Positions 27,954 to 38,961 of a stretch of 64,000 nt of DNA are shown here, piece by piece; within the stretch, counting starts at the first letter, position 1, and the number at the start of each line of letters is the position of its first letter. Under the pieces are notes generated by a model. It did no database searches, was not told the origin of the DNA, and saw only the letters and a list, made by a program, of their open reading frames with translations. The stretch is from Bacilli bacterium (GTDB taxonomy: Bacteria > Bacillota_I > Bacilli_A > Izemoplasmatales > Izemoplasmataceae). The position numbers and the translations under genes are program-made. The stretch is from positions 16,269 to 80,268 of the forward strand of contig JAFGXW010000122.1 in assembly GCA_016936415.1 (NCBI GenBank), written 5' to 3'.

Positions 27954-30584
27954 TTACTTAAATAATTTTGCTAATTCCCCACCAAATAATGGAATAAATC
28001 CTAATCCAAAAGCAATCAACAAACTTCCAAAACTCAAGTTAACATTCGTATTAAATAGTGTATTAACGCCTGGAACGAATAAAACAATAAGTAGTAACAC
28101 TAATCCAAATAATACTGAGTAATTTACCAATTTATTTTCGAATAGATTCATCTTAAAAATTGTGATTGTTTCACTTCTCGCAGAATAAGTACGTAATAAC
28201 TCACCTGTAATTATTGTGATAAATGCTAGTGTTTGTCCCATATACTCATGTCCACCGATAATATTATGACCGATATAGTAACTGGCTAGTACGGCAATAG
28301 CCAAAAATACTGATTGAAATCCAATTGCGTATCCCATTTGCTTATCGACAATGGAAGCATTTGGATCGATTGGATTACGATCCATGACACCACGCTCTTT
28401 TTTCTCTAATCCCAAAGCAAATGCTGGAAAGGAATCCGTGACAAGATTAATCCATAATATCTGTATTGGTAACAACGGACTTCCCCATCCTAAAATCATT
28501 GCGATAAAGATGAGTAAAACCTCTCCGACATTACAACTAACCAAGTATCCGACAAACTTGCGGATATTGGCATAGATTACTCTCCCCTCTTCAACAGCTT
28601 CTACAATGGTAGTGAAGTTATCATCCATCAAAATCATATCTGCCGCTTCTTTTGATACGTCCGTTCCGGTGATGCCCATGGCAACACCGATATTTGCTTG
28701 TTTTAAGGCAGGAGCATCGTTGACACCATCACCCGTCATACTAGATATTTCTCCCGTTTCTTGCAATGCCTTAACTATCATTACTTTGTGATTTGGTGAT
28801 ACTCTCGCAAACACATTAGTTGTTTTTACCAAATCCAAAAACTCTGGATAACTCAATTTATCAATTTCTTCTCCGCTCAAAGCGGTATTCCCTTTTTGTA
28901 AAATCCCAAGTTCTTTCCCTATTGCAGAGGCTGTAATCTTGTGATCTCCAGTAATCATAACAACACGTATTCCTGCTTTATGACAAATTTTTATCGCAGA
29001 TTTCACTTCTTCTCGCGGAGGATCAATAATTCCTGTTAATCCAACAAAAATAAGATTTTCCTCTTGTTTTGTGATATCTGTGTACTCTGTCAATTCTTTG
29101 TAAGCAAATCCTAGCACTCTTAACGCTCCACGTGCCATACCTTGATTTGCTAATTCAATGGTTTTTATAAATTTATCATCAAGTGGTTTGACTTCACCCT
29201 GCACCAAGTAATGACTACAAACTTTCAATAATTGATCTGGTGCACCTTTTGTATACAATTGATTCACTCCATCAATTTTGTGAACTGTACTCATTAGCTT
29301 TCGTTCACTGTCAAATGGAAACTCATCTATTCTAACATACTTTTTCTTGATGTCTTTTTGTACAATCTTTTTCTTCGCAGCTAATGTTACCAAGGCAAGT
29401 TCAGTTGGATCACCAATCAATGTATCACCAGATATTGATGAATCATTGCATAAAGCACCTATTTCTACTAATTTTTGGATATTGGTATTATCACCTTTTA
29501 TCTCACCATTAAAATCATATCCAGTTCCAGTCACTTCAATAATTGTATGATTATCAAATAATCTAGTAACAACCATTTTATTTTGGGTCAATGTTCCCGT
29601 TTTGTCACTTGAAATAACAGTTGTACTACCTAGTGTTTCCACAGCGCTTAATCTTTTAACAATTGCATTTTTACTTGCCATTTTGCGCATTCCCATTGCC
29701 AAAACTACTGTTATTACGGTTGGCAATCCTTCAGGAATAGCTGCAACCGCCAAACTTACACTTACTAAAAACAAATCTAATACATCCATTTTATAAAGCA
29801 ACCCAACACCAAAAATGACAACTACCACAATGACACTAATCATTCCTAATAATTTCCCAAGTTTATCAATTTTCTTTTGTAATGGCGTCATTTCATCTTC
29901 AACTTCATTTAATAAATTGGCAATATTTCCAATTTCTGTTGTCATACCGGTGTTTACAACAATTCCAAGTCCTCGTCCATAAGTAACAATTGTTGACATA
30001 TAGCCCATATTAAGGCGATCACCTATTGGAGTTGGTTCATTCAACATAACTTGAGCGTCTTTTTCAACAGGGACAGACTCTCCGGTAAGTGCAGACTCAT
30101 CCACTTTTAAATTGACAGTCTCAAAAAAACGAATATCTGCAGGCATATAATCTCCCGCTTCAACAGTAACAATATCACCGGGAACCAGCAATTTTGAATC
30201 AATATTTTCTAGATTTCCATCTCTAAAAACTTTTGCGCTAGGGGCACTTAAACTTTTTAATGCGTTCACTGCATTACTTGCTTTTTTTTCTTGAAACACA
30301 CTCAAACTAATATTTAATATGACAATTGCAATAATAAATAGACCATCTGTCACTTCACCACTAGCCACAATACTAACTATCGCAGCAATGATTAATAATA
30401 TATTTAAGAATTGAGTTAACTCACCAATAATCATTTTCACCAATGATTCTTGTACCTTTTCAGTCAGTTTGTTTTCTCCAAATTCACGCAATTTAACTTG
30501 CGCTTCATTTTGTGACAATCCTTTGCTTTTTACAACATGGAATTCCTTGAATACCTCTTCTATATTTTTTGTATAGTTCTCCAT
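27954..30584 (-). CDS. P2-type cation (Ca2+)-transporting ATPase
   Basis: SDKTGTLTQN, AIPEGLP in TM4, GDGVNDAPALK and TGES. 876 aa. Confidence 0.9.
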   Translation of the reverse strand: MENYTKNIEEVFKEFHVVKSKGLSQNEAQVKLREFGENKLTEKVQESLVKMIIGELTQFLNILLIIAAIVSIVASGEVTDGLFIIAIVILNISLSVFQEKKASNAVNALKSLSAPSAKVFRDGNLENIDSKLLVPGDIVTVEAGDYMPADIRFFETVNLKVDESALTGESVPVEKDAQVMLNEPTPIGDRLNMGYMSTIVTYGRGLGIVVNTGMTTEIGNIANLLNEVEDEMTPLQKKIDKLGKLLGMISVIVVVVIFGVGLLYKMDVLDLFLVSVSLAVAAIPEGLPTVITVVLAMGMRKMASKNAIVKRLSAVETLGSTTVISSDKTGTLTQNKMVVTRLFDNHTIIEVTGTGYDFNGEIKGDNTNIQKLVEIGALCNDSSISGDTLIGDPTELALVTLAAKKKIVQKDIKKKYVRIDEFPFDSERKLMSTVHKIDGVNQLYTKGAPDQLLKVCSHYLVQGEVKPLDDKFIKTIELANQGMARGALRVLGFAYKELTEYTDITKQEENLIFVGLTGIIDPPREEVKSAIKICHKAGIRVVMITGDHKITASAIGKELGILQKGNTALSGEEIDKLSYPEFLDLVKTTNVFARVSPNHKVMIVKALQETGEISSMTGDGVNDAPALKQANIGVAMGITGTDVSKEAADMILMDDNFTTIVEAVEEGRVIYANIRKFVGYLVSCNVGEVLLIFIAMILGWGSPLLPIQILWINLVTDSFPAFALGLEKKERGVMDRNPIDPNASIVDKQMGYAIGFQSVFLAIAVLASYYIGHNIIGGHEYMGQTLAFITIITGELLRTYSARSETITIFKMNLFENKLVNYSVLFGLVLLLIVLFVPGVNTLFNTNVNLSFGSLLIAFGLGFIPLFGGELAKLFK

Positions 30585-30637
30585 AATATCACCCTTTCAT
30601 TATTATACTATAAAAACAAATATTTATGAAACTATGT

Positions 30638-30668
30638 TAAAAAAAACAGGAACACAATTGTTCCTGTT
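30638..30668 (-). terminator. Terminator after the M1 peptidase gene
   Basis: Stem aacaggaac/gttcctgtt, preceded by an A-run on the plus strand. Confidence 0.75.
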
Positions 30669-30669
30669 A

Positions 30670-32112
30670 CTAATTATCTCTTAAATCCTGCATGCTTGTA
30701 ATTTGTGTCATAAACCATTCATATGTACCATCAATATTAGAGTACTCTTCCAATGAATTTAAAAATGCATCAATGGTTACAGTTTTTCCATTATAGTCTG
30801 TATAATATTGCTTCATTAAATCTAAAAACATATCATAATCACCATTTAAGTATACATCTACATACTCCTTAAATATGGATACGCCATGGTAATAAATTAA
30901 GAATGCATAATATGGTTGTAAATCATCGACTTCACGGATTAAAGATACGCCAAGTGAGGCGTTATAGTAATCATCAAATCTTGAATTATCACTAGAACGA
31001 TATGAATAATAATCATTTGCTGCAGCATCCCCATACATATAATAGTAATAAGTACCAGATATAAACGTGGTCAAAGATTCATCTAAAAAAGAATCAACCG
31101 CCTGATTGTTACCAATCATTGAATAAAACCACTGATGAATAATTTCATGCACGACTGTCCCTTCACTAATGTTGGAGCTACAGTATATAATTCCACTACT
31201 TTCCATGCCGTAAAAATGCCCATACTCTAAAGTAAAATAATCGTAATAGTAATCACCAATCGCATTTTCAAACAAATCAAATGCGTCGGCTAGTATGTTG
31301 AATGAAGTGGCAATTTCTTGATTTGACAATTCTCTGATTGAGACAATTTTATAATCAATATCTTCAATTGTTCTAGTATACTCACGATAATAATTTGAAG
31401 TGGAAAAGGAAAAATCACGACCATTCTCCAAATAAAAACTTTGTTCTAAACGATTATCCTTATTTACTTCTGATATTAATCGTCCGCTAGAAACTATTTT
31501 ATAATCTTGTGGTACATTGATAGATACATAATAATCTCCCATATCATTATAATATGATTCGCCACTAAATGTATAAGGGACATGTTGCAGAGAAAAGTCA
31601 TCATATAGTGTTATATACGGATAGAAAAACATGGTTAAATAATATCCATCCATCGCCAAGATTCTATCATTCTCCCAATATTGAAAACTATATTCAAATG
31701 CAACACTAAAGTTGTTATCTTTCTCTAACGTTTGATTCAAGTTAAGCTGCATAAGAGTTCTGTCTTCCCCAAGTAATGTAAACCCAATATTCTCACCGTT
31801 TAATTTTAAATACTTAAAAACACAATTGTCATTCTCATAAATTCTTGGATTAATTGCGTTTGGGTAAAGTGTCAAATATAACTCTGAGAAATCCATTTCA
31901 TCATTATGGTAAATGATCTCTCCTTTTACGGTCAACACATCAAGCGTTGTGTCTAGATTCACATCAAGATAGTACGTATTACGCTCATATTGTTCTACTG
32001 GAAGAGTAGATAATTTGTAATCTTCTTCAACTACATCAATGACTGGAGTTGAAGTCTTTGTACAGCTAGTCAAAACAAACAAAGAAAGCATTAGAATCAT
32101 CATTTTTTTCAT
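30670..32112 (-). CDS. M1-family (gluzincin) zinc metallopeptidase lipoprotein
   Basis: Lipobox LTSC, GAMEN-like YGMES, and HEIIH-x18-E zinc site. ATG 32112 has GAGG 8 nt upstream. Confidence 0.75.
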   Translation of the reverse strand: MKKMMILMLSLFVLTSCTKTSTPVIDVVEEDYKLSTLPVEQYERNTYYLDVNLDTTLDVLTVKGEIIYHNDEMDFSELYLTLYPNAINPRIYENDNCVFKYLKLNGENIGFTLLGEDRTLMQLNLNQTLEKDNNFSVAFEYSFQYWENDRILAMDGYYLTMFFYPYITLYDDFSLQHVPYTFSGESYYNDMGDYYVSINVPQDYKIVSSGRLISEVNKDNRLEQSFYLENGRDFSFSTSNYYREYTRTIEDIDYKIVSIRELSNQEIATSFNILADAFDLFENAIGDYYYDYFTLEYGHFYGMESSGIIYCSSNISEGTVVHEIIHQWFYSMIGNNQAVDSFLDESLTTFISGTYYYYMYGDAAANDYYSYRSSDNSRFDDYYNASLGVSLIREVDDLQPYYAFLIYYHGVSIFKEYVDVYLNGDYDMFLDLMKQYYTDYNGKTVTIDAFLNSLEEYSNIDGTYEWFMTQITSMQDLRDN

Positions 32113-32194
32113 CAGATACACCTCTTTCCAAAAATTAACTCATTCATTATTTTCTCATCAGGTATGTACATGAAAGAATATATGTGGTTACTAT

Positions 32195-33718
32195 TTATTG
32201 ACCATGAATTGTGAAGTAATAATTATCAATTTCATTATTTGAAATCATTGTCGGAATTTTAGAGCCGATATTTTGAATGAACGATTTACTTTCAAAGTAA
32301 TGAATCAAATCAATCCCAGTAAGTTCACTGCCAGTTTTACTATTTGTGAAACGATCTTTATCCCAAATCATCCGAGCATATGATGTATTTTCAGACCTGT
32401 CCTTCATCGTGTTTCCCCATACTAGATAAGGAAATATATCTTTTAGATAATGATCCATCTCAGATACTCCAAAATTAAAAGTATATATAATTTGATCATC
32501 TACTACCAAATCTCCAAGCTCATCGTATATCAATTCAAAACTTCCTTTTTTAAGTTCATTGGCATAATCATCATAATAATCTATTATCTTTAAATATTTA
32601 ACATTAAATTTGTTGCTTTCCCCAAGTTGATGAAAATAGTTGTTTTTCGAGTACAACCAAAAGTCTTGTTCATTTACATAATATTTTGTAGGATATATAT
32701 CCCCTATGGCCTTACATTTATTTTCCCAATCCGAATCAATAATTTCACAATTATAATCATTTCGATGATAATGTGCCTCTTTTGTTATTTTAAATGATGA
32801 AACTTCACTTGCTATGAGCATTTTCTCTAGATTCCAATAATCAAAAATCACAGTAGTACGCAAGTAGGGTCGCGTATAATTTGATTGGTATTCAAAAACA
32901 TATTTTTGTTTATGAGGATAATATTCTTCATCAAATATCGGAAATATTTTGTTTTCGCCAGTATGAGTAAATAATTGGAGATAACACCCATTCACAATAC
33001 TTTCTTGATCTTGATTAAGATCATTGATAAAAGTTGTCAGTTCTGATTCATCAATTTTTTTTGAAAAATTAAAGTCATTACAAGTTTCACTTTTTATATA
33101 ATACAAATCAACATCGATTATTTCCGAATTCTTATATACTCCGCTCAGTGTCTCATCAAGATCAAAGTCTTCATAATAATGAATTGTCTTTGTTTGATAA
33201 ATCTTATTATCATGATCCAAATTAAAAACGATATTTTCATTTTCGATTGACAAGATATCTTTGAAAAAATCTGAGTTATAGTCAAGCTGGTTTGTTTCTT
33301 TTAAATAGGTTTGAATTTTCTCTTTATTTTCAATATCATTCAAAAAGAGAAAAGACTGAAAATCTCGTAATTTTTGATATGAATATTGATCTCCATTGAT
33401 CACAGCTTGAATAGAATGGTAATCCAATTTTTCATTTAAAACTTTATTATTTGTTTTAAAAAGTGCGTAATAAATTGCTTCAGTATCTATGATGATTTGA
33501 TCTATCACAATTGTTTCAGTTACCATATTAACGGTATTTATAATTGGATAATCTGAGTAATCTTCACGTTCAAATCCTAAAAAGTCAAGAATATTTTCTC
33601 TTGGCATTCCAATGATTGAAAACTCATCAATCAGTAATGAGTGGTCTGCTTCTTTGGTAAGTTTCGAAGATAAAAGCAAAACAAACAAAACATTAATCAT
33701 AATTAACATTTTACTCAT
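32195..33718 (-). CDS. Secreted or membrane-anchored hypothetical protein (507 aa, Asp/Asn/Tyr-rich)
   Basis: N-terminal hydrophobic signal/anchor, with GGAGG 6 nt upstream. I recognise no catalytic motif. Confidence 0.6.
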   Translation of the reverse strand: MSKMLIMINVLFVLLLSSKLTKEADHSLLIDEFSIIGMPRENILDFLGFEREDYSDYPIINTVNMVTETIVIDQIIIDTEAIYYALFKTNNKVLNEKLDYHSIQAVINGDQYSYQKLRDFQSFLFLNDIENKEKIQTYLKETNQLDYNSDFFKDILSIENENIVFNLDHDNKIYQTKTIHYYEDFDLDETLSGVYKNSEIIDVDLYYIKSETCNDFNFSKKIDESELTTFINDLNQDQESIVNGCYLQLFTHTGENKIFPIFDEEYYPHKQKYVFEYQSNYTRPYLRTTVIFDYWNLEKMLIASEVSSFKITKEAHYHRNDYNCEIIDSDWENKCKAIGDIYPTKYYVNEQDFWLYSKNNYFHQLGESNKFNVKYLKIIDYYDDYANELKKGSFELIYDELGDLVVDDQIIYTFNFGVSEMDHYLKDIFPYLVWGNTMKDRSENTSYARMIWDKDRFTNSKTGSELTGIDLIHYFESKSFIQNIGSKIPTMISNNEIDNYYFTIHGQ

Positions 33719-33773
33719 AAAGCACCTCCTACCATTACATGAAATACAATATTATTATACCATTATTAACACA

Positions 33774-33806
33774 GAAAAAAAATAGACCAAATCTATAAGG
33801 TCTATT
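33774..33806 (-). terminator. Terminator after the HNH-like gene
   Basis: Stem aatagacc/ggtctatt with a 10-nt loop and an A-run on the plus strand to its left. Confidence 0.7.
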
Positions 33807-33817
33807 TTATTGATGAA

Positions 33818-34771
33818 CTACCCATTCAATGAACTGTAGAATAAGTCAATCAGCTTATTGGTTTCAGCGTTCATAAAATCACTTTCAAATTCAAAAGATT
33901 TATTGTTATATTTATTGATAATCTTCATGTTTCGTTCTTTTAATTTTTCAATATCCTTTTTGTTTGGAATAACACTATATCTTTTATTCTTATTTGTGAT
34001 AACCATATTCCATATGTCATAACTATATATATAATGACGAGGAATTACGTGACTCAATTTAACTTGTGATAATTCTAGAGGCTCACCAGTATAAAAATCA
34101 ACTATAGCACCATCATAATATCGGTATAAAAATTCTTTATACTTATCTAAATTTTTCTTTTTAGATATAGCCAAATGAGCGTTAGATACTTTCTTTAATA
34201 TTTTAGGACTAAGATTAAATTTTTCAAAATTGAGTGCCCATTTAAAATGAATCAAATCCAACAACATCTTCTTGTTTTCTTTTAACATATTTAATTGTTC
34301 TTTTGAAAAAATCAAACTCTTTCTATCAAAATCAATTTCATATAGATGCAGTTCTTTTTTCTTGTATTTCAAAAATCGATAAGCAACATTATCATTAACC
34401 GCTTTCAGTAATTTTCCAAGGTGTCGTTCATATTTAATGCTGTCCCTTTTGATAAATGATTCTGCCACACCATAAAGTACAGGATTATCTGTTGAACGTT
34501 GCTGATTATATTCGTTTGCTAATTCTTCTGTAATCTTCTCAACGACCAAATATCGTCCTTGTGTAAGTCCAAAATAATTATTCAAATTCCAATAGTATTT
34601 CAGAATTTTTTCAACAATAAAATACTCTTCCACAAAAATCTTATTTTCAATGGTTTGATATTTCTTTTCCATTAAGCATTCAATAATCGCTTTTCCCCAA
34701 CTCGCTTTATAGGTATTATCATTTTTCATACCATCAATAACTGTTATCCACTCACCCAAATATTTTTCCAT
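33818..34771 (-). CDS. Orphan protein with a C-terminal degenerate HNH-like nuclease motif
   Basis: LSHVIPRHYIYSYDIWNMVITNKNKR resembles the HNH_4/Cas9-type D-H...N...N core, but has S-H and no Cys zinc ligands. The N-terminal ~230 aa is unassigned. Start 34771 versus 34783 is uncertain. Confidence 0.5.
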   Translation of the reverse strand: MEKYLGEWITVIDGMKNDNTYKASWGKAIIECLMEKKYQTIENKIFVEEYFIVEKILKYYWNLNNYFGLTQGRYLVVEKITEELANEYNQQRSTDNPVLYGVAESFIKRDSIKYERHLGKLLKAVNDNVAYRFLKYKKKELHLYEIDFDRKSLIFSKEQLNMLKENKKMLLDLIHFKWALNFEKFNLSPKILKKVSNAHLAISKKKNLDKYKEFLYRYYDGAIVDFYTGEPLELSQVKLSHVIPRHYIYSYDIWNMVITNKNKRYSVIPNKKDIEKLKERNMKIINKYNNKSFEFESDFMNAETNKLIDLFYSSLNG

Positions 34772-34862
34772 TTTATCACCCATTACTATTATAGCCTTTT
34801 TAACATGAATAATAAACAGATAATTTATATCTCGAATCATGAAATCGTTAATTTTTGTTACG

Positions 34863-34893
34863 AAAAATAAAAAAGGAGAGAAACCTCTCCTTT
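34863..34893 (-). terminator. Terminator after kbl
   Basis: Stem aaaggagag/ctctccttt with loop aaac and an A-rich left flank. Confidence 0.75.
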
Positions 34894-36088
34894 AAATGAT
34901 TTGTAATTTTTTTCCAACTTTTTCAAACTGTTCTATTGCAAAATCAAGATCCTCTATGGTGTGAGATGCACTTATCATACAACGAAGGCGTCCTTTACCT
35001 AGTGCAACAGTTGGAAATACGATTCCAGAAACATAAACTCCAGCTTCAAGTAAAGCTTTACTGAATTGCATTGTTTTGGCTTCATTTCCAATCATGACAG
35101 GTGTAATAGGTGTTTCACTATGTCCTGTATCAAATCCTAATTTAGATAATTTTTCTTTAAAGTAATTCGCATTACTCCATAAACGATCAGAATATTCAGT
35201 TGATTCCATTAGAATTTTTACACTTTCAATCGAAGCCGCAGTTGCAGCTGGTGGTAACGCGGTTGAAAAGAGAAGCGGTCTTGCTCGATGACTCAACCAT
35301 GTTTTAGTCACTTGTTTGCTTGCTACATATCCTCCGACTACACCGATTGCTTTTGATAATGTCCCAATAATAAAATCTACACGACCATGTAAGTGAAAAT
35401 GATCTACTGTTCCTCTTCCTCCAAGTCCCAACACACCACTACCATGGGCATCATCAACATATGTAAGAGCATTGTACTGTTCTGCCAACTCAACGATCTT
35501 TGGTAGTTTTGCCAAATCTCCATCCATTGAGAAAACACCATCCGTAATGATTAATACTTGATTATATGAACTTCGTTTTTCTTTTAAAATCAATTCTAAT
35601 TGTTCCATATCACTGTGCTTAAATACTGCTTTATCGGCTTTGCTTAAACGAACACCATCAATTATGGAGGCATGATTTAATTCATCACTTATAATTAAAT
35701 CCCCTTTGTCAACAATTGCTTGAATTGTACCAATATTACAATTTAGCCCCGATTGGAAACACATCACTGCTTCTTCATGTTTAAATTCAGCAAGAAGATC
35801 TTCTAGTTTACCAATAATATCTTGATTTCCGACAATGGTACGAACTGCACCTGCACCAGCTCCGTATTTATTAACCGCATCAATTGCAGCCTGTTTTACA
35901 CGAGGATGATTTGCCAATCCCAAATAATTATTACTAGATAAGTTAACCACTTCTTTCCCATTTAAATTGATTTTGTTATCGCAAGGTCCGTAGTTAACTG
36001 GAAGTTCTCTATAAACACCATCTTCTTTTAGTTTTTCAATTTTTTTAGCTAAAAAAGTCAATTCATGATTACTCAACTTATTCACCAA
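34892..36088 (-). CDS. kbl: 2-amino-3-ketobutyrate CoA ligase (glycine C-acetyltransferase)
   Basis: PLP-lysine context [13 protein letters not shown] and DDAHGSG, paired with tdh. Start is non-ATG and uncertain (TTG 36088, or TTG 36076 after GGTGA). Confidence 0.85.
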   Translation of the reverse strand: MVNKLSNHELTFLAKKIEKLKEDGVYRELPVNYGPCDNKINLNGKEVVNLSSNNYLGLANHPRVKQAAIDAVNKYGAGAGAVRTIVGNQDIIGKLEDLLAEFKHEEAVMCFQSGLNCNIGTIQAIVDKGDLIISDELNHASIIDGVRLSKADKAVFKHSDMEQLELILKEKRSSYNQVLIITDGVFSMDGDLAKLPKIVELAEQYNALTYVDDAHGSGVLGLGGRGTVDHFHLHGRVDFIIGTLSKAIGVVGGYVASKQVTKTWLSHRARPLLFSTALPPAATAASIESVKILMESTEYSDRLWSNANYFKEKLSKLGFDTGHSETPITPVMIGNEAKTMQFSKALLEAGVYVSGIVFPTVALGKGRLRCMISASHTIEDLDFAIEQFEKVGKKLQII

Positions 36089-37139
36089 CCTTTAAAACAA
36101 TTTTTCCACAATTTCCACTACCCATTAGTTCCATGGCTTTGGTTACTTCACTCAAAGGAAAAACATGTGTAATAATTTTATCAAAATCTAACATATTATG
36201 ATCAACCAATTCTTTAACTTGGTACCAAGTATCATAAATTAATCGACCTACAACTCCATATATTTTTATACCCTTAAAGACGATATCTTTTGCAACATCA
36301 ACATCAATATCTTTACTTGGGATACCAAGCATGCTAAGGCCACCACCAGCTTTTAGGTATTTAAATGCTTGTTCAATTGCGGTTTTATTTCCACTAAACT
36401 CACCAATTACATCCGCTCCACGTCCATTTGTTTCCTCTAGTACACGTGCGATAACATCTTCCTTAATTGGATTAATCACAACGTCTGCACCAAGTTCTTT
36501 GGCAAGATTACAACGATATTCATTCACTTCAATTGCGATGATTTTTTTTGCTTTATATGCTTTGGCTACATTCACACCCATTAATCCAATAGGACCACAT
36601 CCTACAACCACAACATCTTTTCCTTCAATTGGAAAGTGTGACATGGTATGTACTGCATTCCCTAAAGGTTCTTGAACACTTAAATGAAGGGGATTAGCCT
36701 CTTTCGAATTAACAAAACAGTTCATCGCAGGGATTCTAACATATTCTGCGAAACAACCATCGGTATCGACTCCAATAATTCTAGTGTTTTCACATATATG
36801 ACCTTCACCTCTTAAGCAAAACTCACATGTTCCACAAATAATATGTGTTTCAGCGCTGACAATATCTCCTAGTGAAACTCTTGTAACATTTGAACCAATT
36901 TTAATTACTTCACCACTAAACTCATGTCCTGCAGTAAAGGGTAAAACAAGTCTATTTTGTGCCCAATTATCATATGAGTAAATGTGATAGTCTGTACCAC
37001 AAACAGATGTATAATGTACTTTAATTAAAACCTCATCATCTTTCAACTCTGATGGTATTGGTTTTTTTGTGATTGTAAGTCCAACTTTTGGTAAATCTTT
37101 TACAACTGCTGTCATTAAGGTGCCAATATTTTCTTCCAT
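36078..37139 (-). CDS. tdh: L-threonine 3-dehydrogenase (Zn-dependent MDR family)
   Basis: GHEFSGEV, structural-Zn cysteines CGTCEFC, Rossmann VVGCGPIGL. Overlaps kbl. Confidence 0.85.
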   Translation of the reverse strand: MEENIGTLMTAVVKDLPKVGLTITKKPIPSELKDDEVLIKVHYTSVCGTDYHIYSYDNWAQNRLVLPFTAGHEFSGEVIKIGSNVTRVSLGDIVSAETHIICGTCEFCLRGEGHICENTRIIGVDTDGCFAEYVRIPAMNCFVNSKEANPLHLSVQEPLGNAVHTMSHFPIEGKDVVVVGCGPIGLMGVNVAKAYKAKKIIAIEVNEYRCNLAKELGADVVINPIKEDVIARVLEETNGRGADVIGEFSGNKTAIEQAFKYLKAGGGLSMLGIPSKDIDVDVAKDIVFKGIKIYGVVGRLIYDTWYQVKELVDHNMLDFDKIITHVFPLSEVTKAMELMGSGNCGKIVLKVGE

Positions 37140-37161
37140 TTCTATCTCCTTTTGAACAATT

Positions 37162-37193
37162 TAAAAACGCTTTCATCAATGCTTATTATATCA
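37162..37193 (-). promoter_or_regulatory. Putative tdh-kbl promoter (extended -10 TGaTATAAT) with a cre-like box just downstream
   Basis: -10 at 37185-37190. The box TGAAAGCGTTTTTA (minus strand, 37162-37175) has 13/14 matches to the cre consensus. Confidence 0.4.
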
Positions 37194-37305
37194 TAATTAA
37201 TTCAAAATAAAAGTGTTTGAGGGTTCTTTTTTTACTTTATTTATATTGAGTGATTTTCTTGCATTTAAGTGACAAAATTTATAAGATTGTACATTCAAAG
37301 TACAT

Positions 37306-37335
37306 AGAAAATAGCGACATGAATCGCTATTTTCT
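37306..37335. terminator. Hairpin terminator after rocA
   Basis: 12-bp stem agaaaatagcga/tcgctattttct. The T-tract is partly inside the stem. Confidence 0.6.
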
Positions 37336-37391
37336 GTGTGACTAATCCGACCTCAAAAAGTTATTTTACAACTACACGTAAATGCTACATA

Positions 37392-38948
37392 TTAAAGCAT
37401 TTCGCTAATTGTTTTACCTTGCATATGTAATGAGATATAATCTGGTCCACCTGCTTTAGAATCTGTACCGCTCATATTGAATCCACCAAATGGTTGATAA
37501 CCAACAATTGCTCCAGTACATTTACGATTAAAGTATAGGTTTCCAACATGGAAATCTTCTCTAGCCATTTCTAAATGTGCACGATTTTTTGAGATAACAG
37601 CACCAGTTAATCCATACTCTGTATTATTTGCTACTTCAAGTGCTTCTTCAAAAGATTTTACTTTTGAGATAGCAAGTAGAGGTCCAAACACTTCTTCTTG
37701 CATTAATCGGCTATTGTGATCTAAATCGATAATTACGGTAGGTTTAATAAACCAACCTTCTTTATCATCTCCAGTACCACCACTTACTAGTTTACCTTCT
37801 TTTTTACCAATTTCGATATATTCACTTATTTTATCAAATGCTGATTGGTCATTTACAGGTCCCATAAAATTATTGAAATTTGTAGGGTTTCCAACCGTTA
37901 AATTATCTGTCTTGTCGATAACCAAACGAACTACTTCATCATATACTTCCTCATGGATAATAGCTCTTGAACATGCACTACATTTTTGTCCACTAAATCC
38001 AAATGCTGATTTTACAATTGATTCAGCAGCCAATTCAAGATCCGCTTCGTTATCCACAACAATTGCATCTTTTCCACCCATTTCAGCTATAACTCTCTTT
38101 AGCCAAATTTGTCCTGGACGTACTTTTGCTGCACTCTCGTAAATGGATTGTCCAACTTCTTTGCTTCCAGTAAATGAAATAAAGCGTACTTTTGGATGAG
38201 CAACCATAAATTCACCAATTACACTTCCTTTTCCTGGAACAAAATTAACAACACCTTTTGGTAATCCAGCTTCTTCTAATACCTCTAAAAATTTATATGC
38301 AATTACTTGTGTTGTCATAGCAGGTTTTAGTAATACAGTATTACCTGCTACTACAGCTGCACTTGTCATTCCAGCTAATATAGCCAAAGGGAAATTCCAT
38401 GGTGCGATAACTGCTGCAACACCTAATGGGATATATCGGAATTCATTTCGTTCCATATTACGACGACTTAAAATCCTTTTATCCATTTCAACTAACTCTA
38501 GCATTTGTCTTCCATAATATTCTAAAAAGTCAATTGCTTCTGCTGTATCAGCATCAGCCTCTGGCCATGGTTTACCTGCTTCTTTTGTCATAAGTGCACT
38601 AAACTCATATTTGCGTTTTCGAATGATCGCAGCAGCTTTGAATAAAACATCTGCTCGTACACTTGGTTTAACTTTTTTCCAAGTTTCAAAAGCACTTAAT
38701 GCACTTTGTAGTGCCACTTCAATTTCAGGTAAATCCGCTTGATGAATCACACCAATTACCTCTTGATGTTTTGCAGGATTTACACTTGTATATTGTCTTT
38801 TTGTAGTAACTCTTTCTCCGTTAATTACTAGGGGGTATGTTTTCCCTAAATACCCTTCAACAAGTTGTAAACCTTTCTCGTATTTCTCTCTAACTTCTTG
38901 ATTTGAAAAATCTAATAATGGTTCTGTTTGATAAGAATAAATTGCCAT
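37392..38948 (-). CDS. rocA: 1-pyrroline-5-carboxylate (L-glutamate gamma-semialdehyde) dehydrogenase
   Basis: Colinear with my recollection of B. subtilis RocA: [27 protein letters not shown], catalytic GQKCSACSR, and C-terminal [35 protein letters not shown]. Confidence 0.9.
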   Translation of the reverse strand: MAIYSYQTEPLLDFSNQEVREKYEKGLQLVEGYLGKTYPLVINGERVTTKRQYTSVNPAKHQEVIGVIHQADLPEIEVALQSALSAFETWKKVKPSVRADVLFKAAAIIRKRKYEFSALMTKEAGKPWPEADADTAEAIDFLEYYGRQMLELVEMDKRILSRRNMERNEFRYIPLGVAAVIAPWNFPLAILAGMTSAAVVAGNTVLLKPAMTTQVIAYKFLEVLEEAGLPKGVVNFVPGKGSVIGEFMVAHPKVRFISFTGSKEVGQSIYESAAKVRPGQIWLKRVIAEMGGKDAIVVDNEADLELAAESIVKSAFGFSGQKCSACSRAIIHEEVYDEVVRLVIDKTDNLTVGNPTNFNNFMGPVNDQSAFDKISEYIEIGKKEGKLVSGGTGDDKEGWFIKPTVIIDLDHNSRLMQEEVFGPLLAISKVKSFEEALEVANNTEYGLTGAVISKNRAHLEMAREDFHVGNLYFNRKCTGAIVGYQPFGGFNMSGTDSKAGGPDYISLHMQGKTISEML

Positions 38949-38961
38949 TGTTTTCTCCTTT

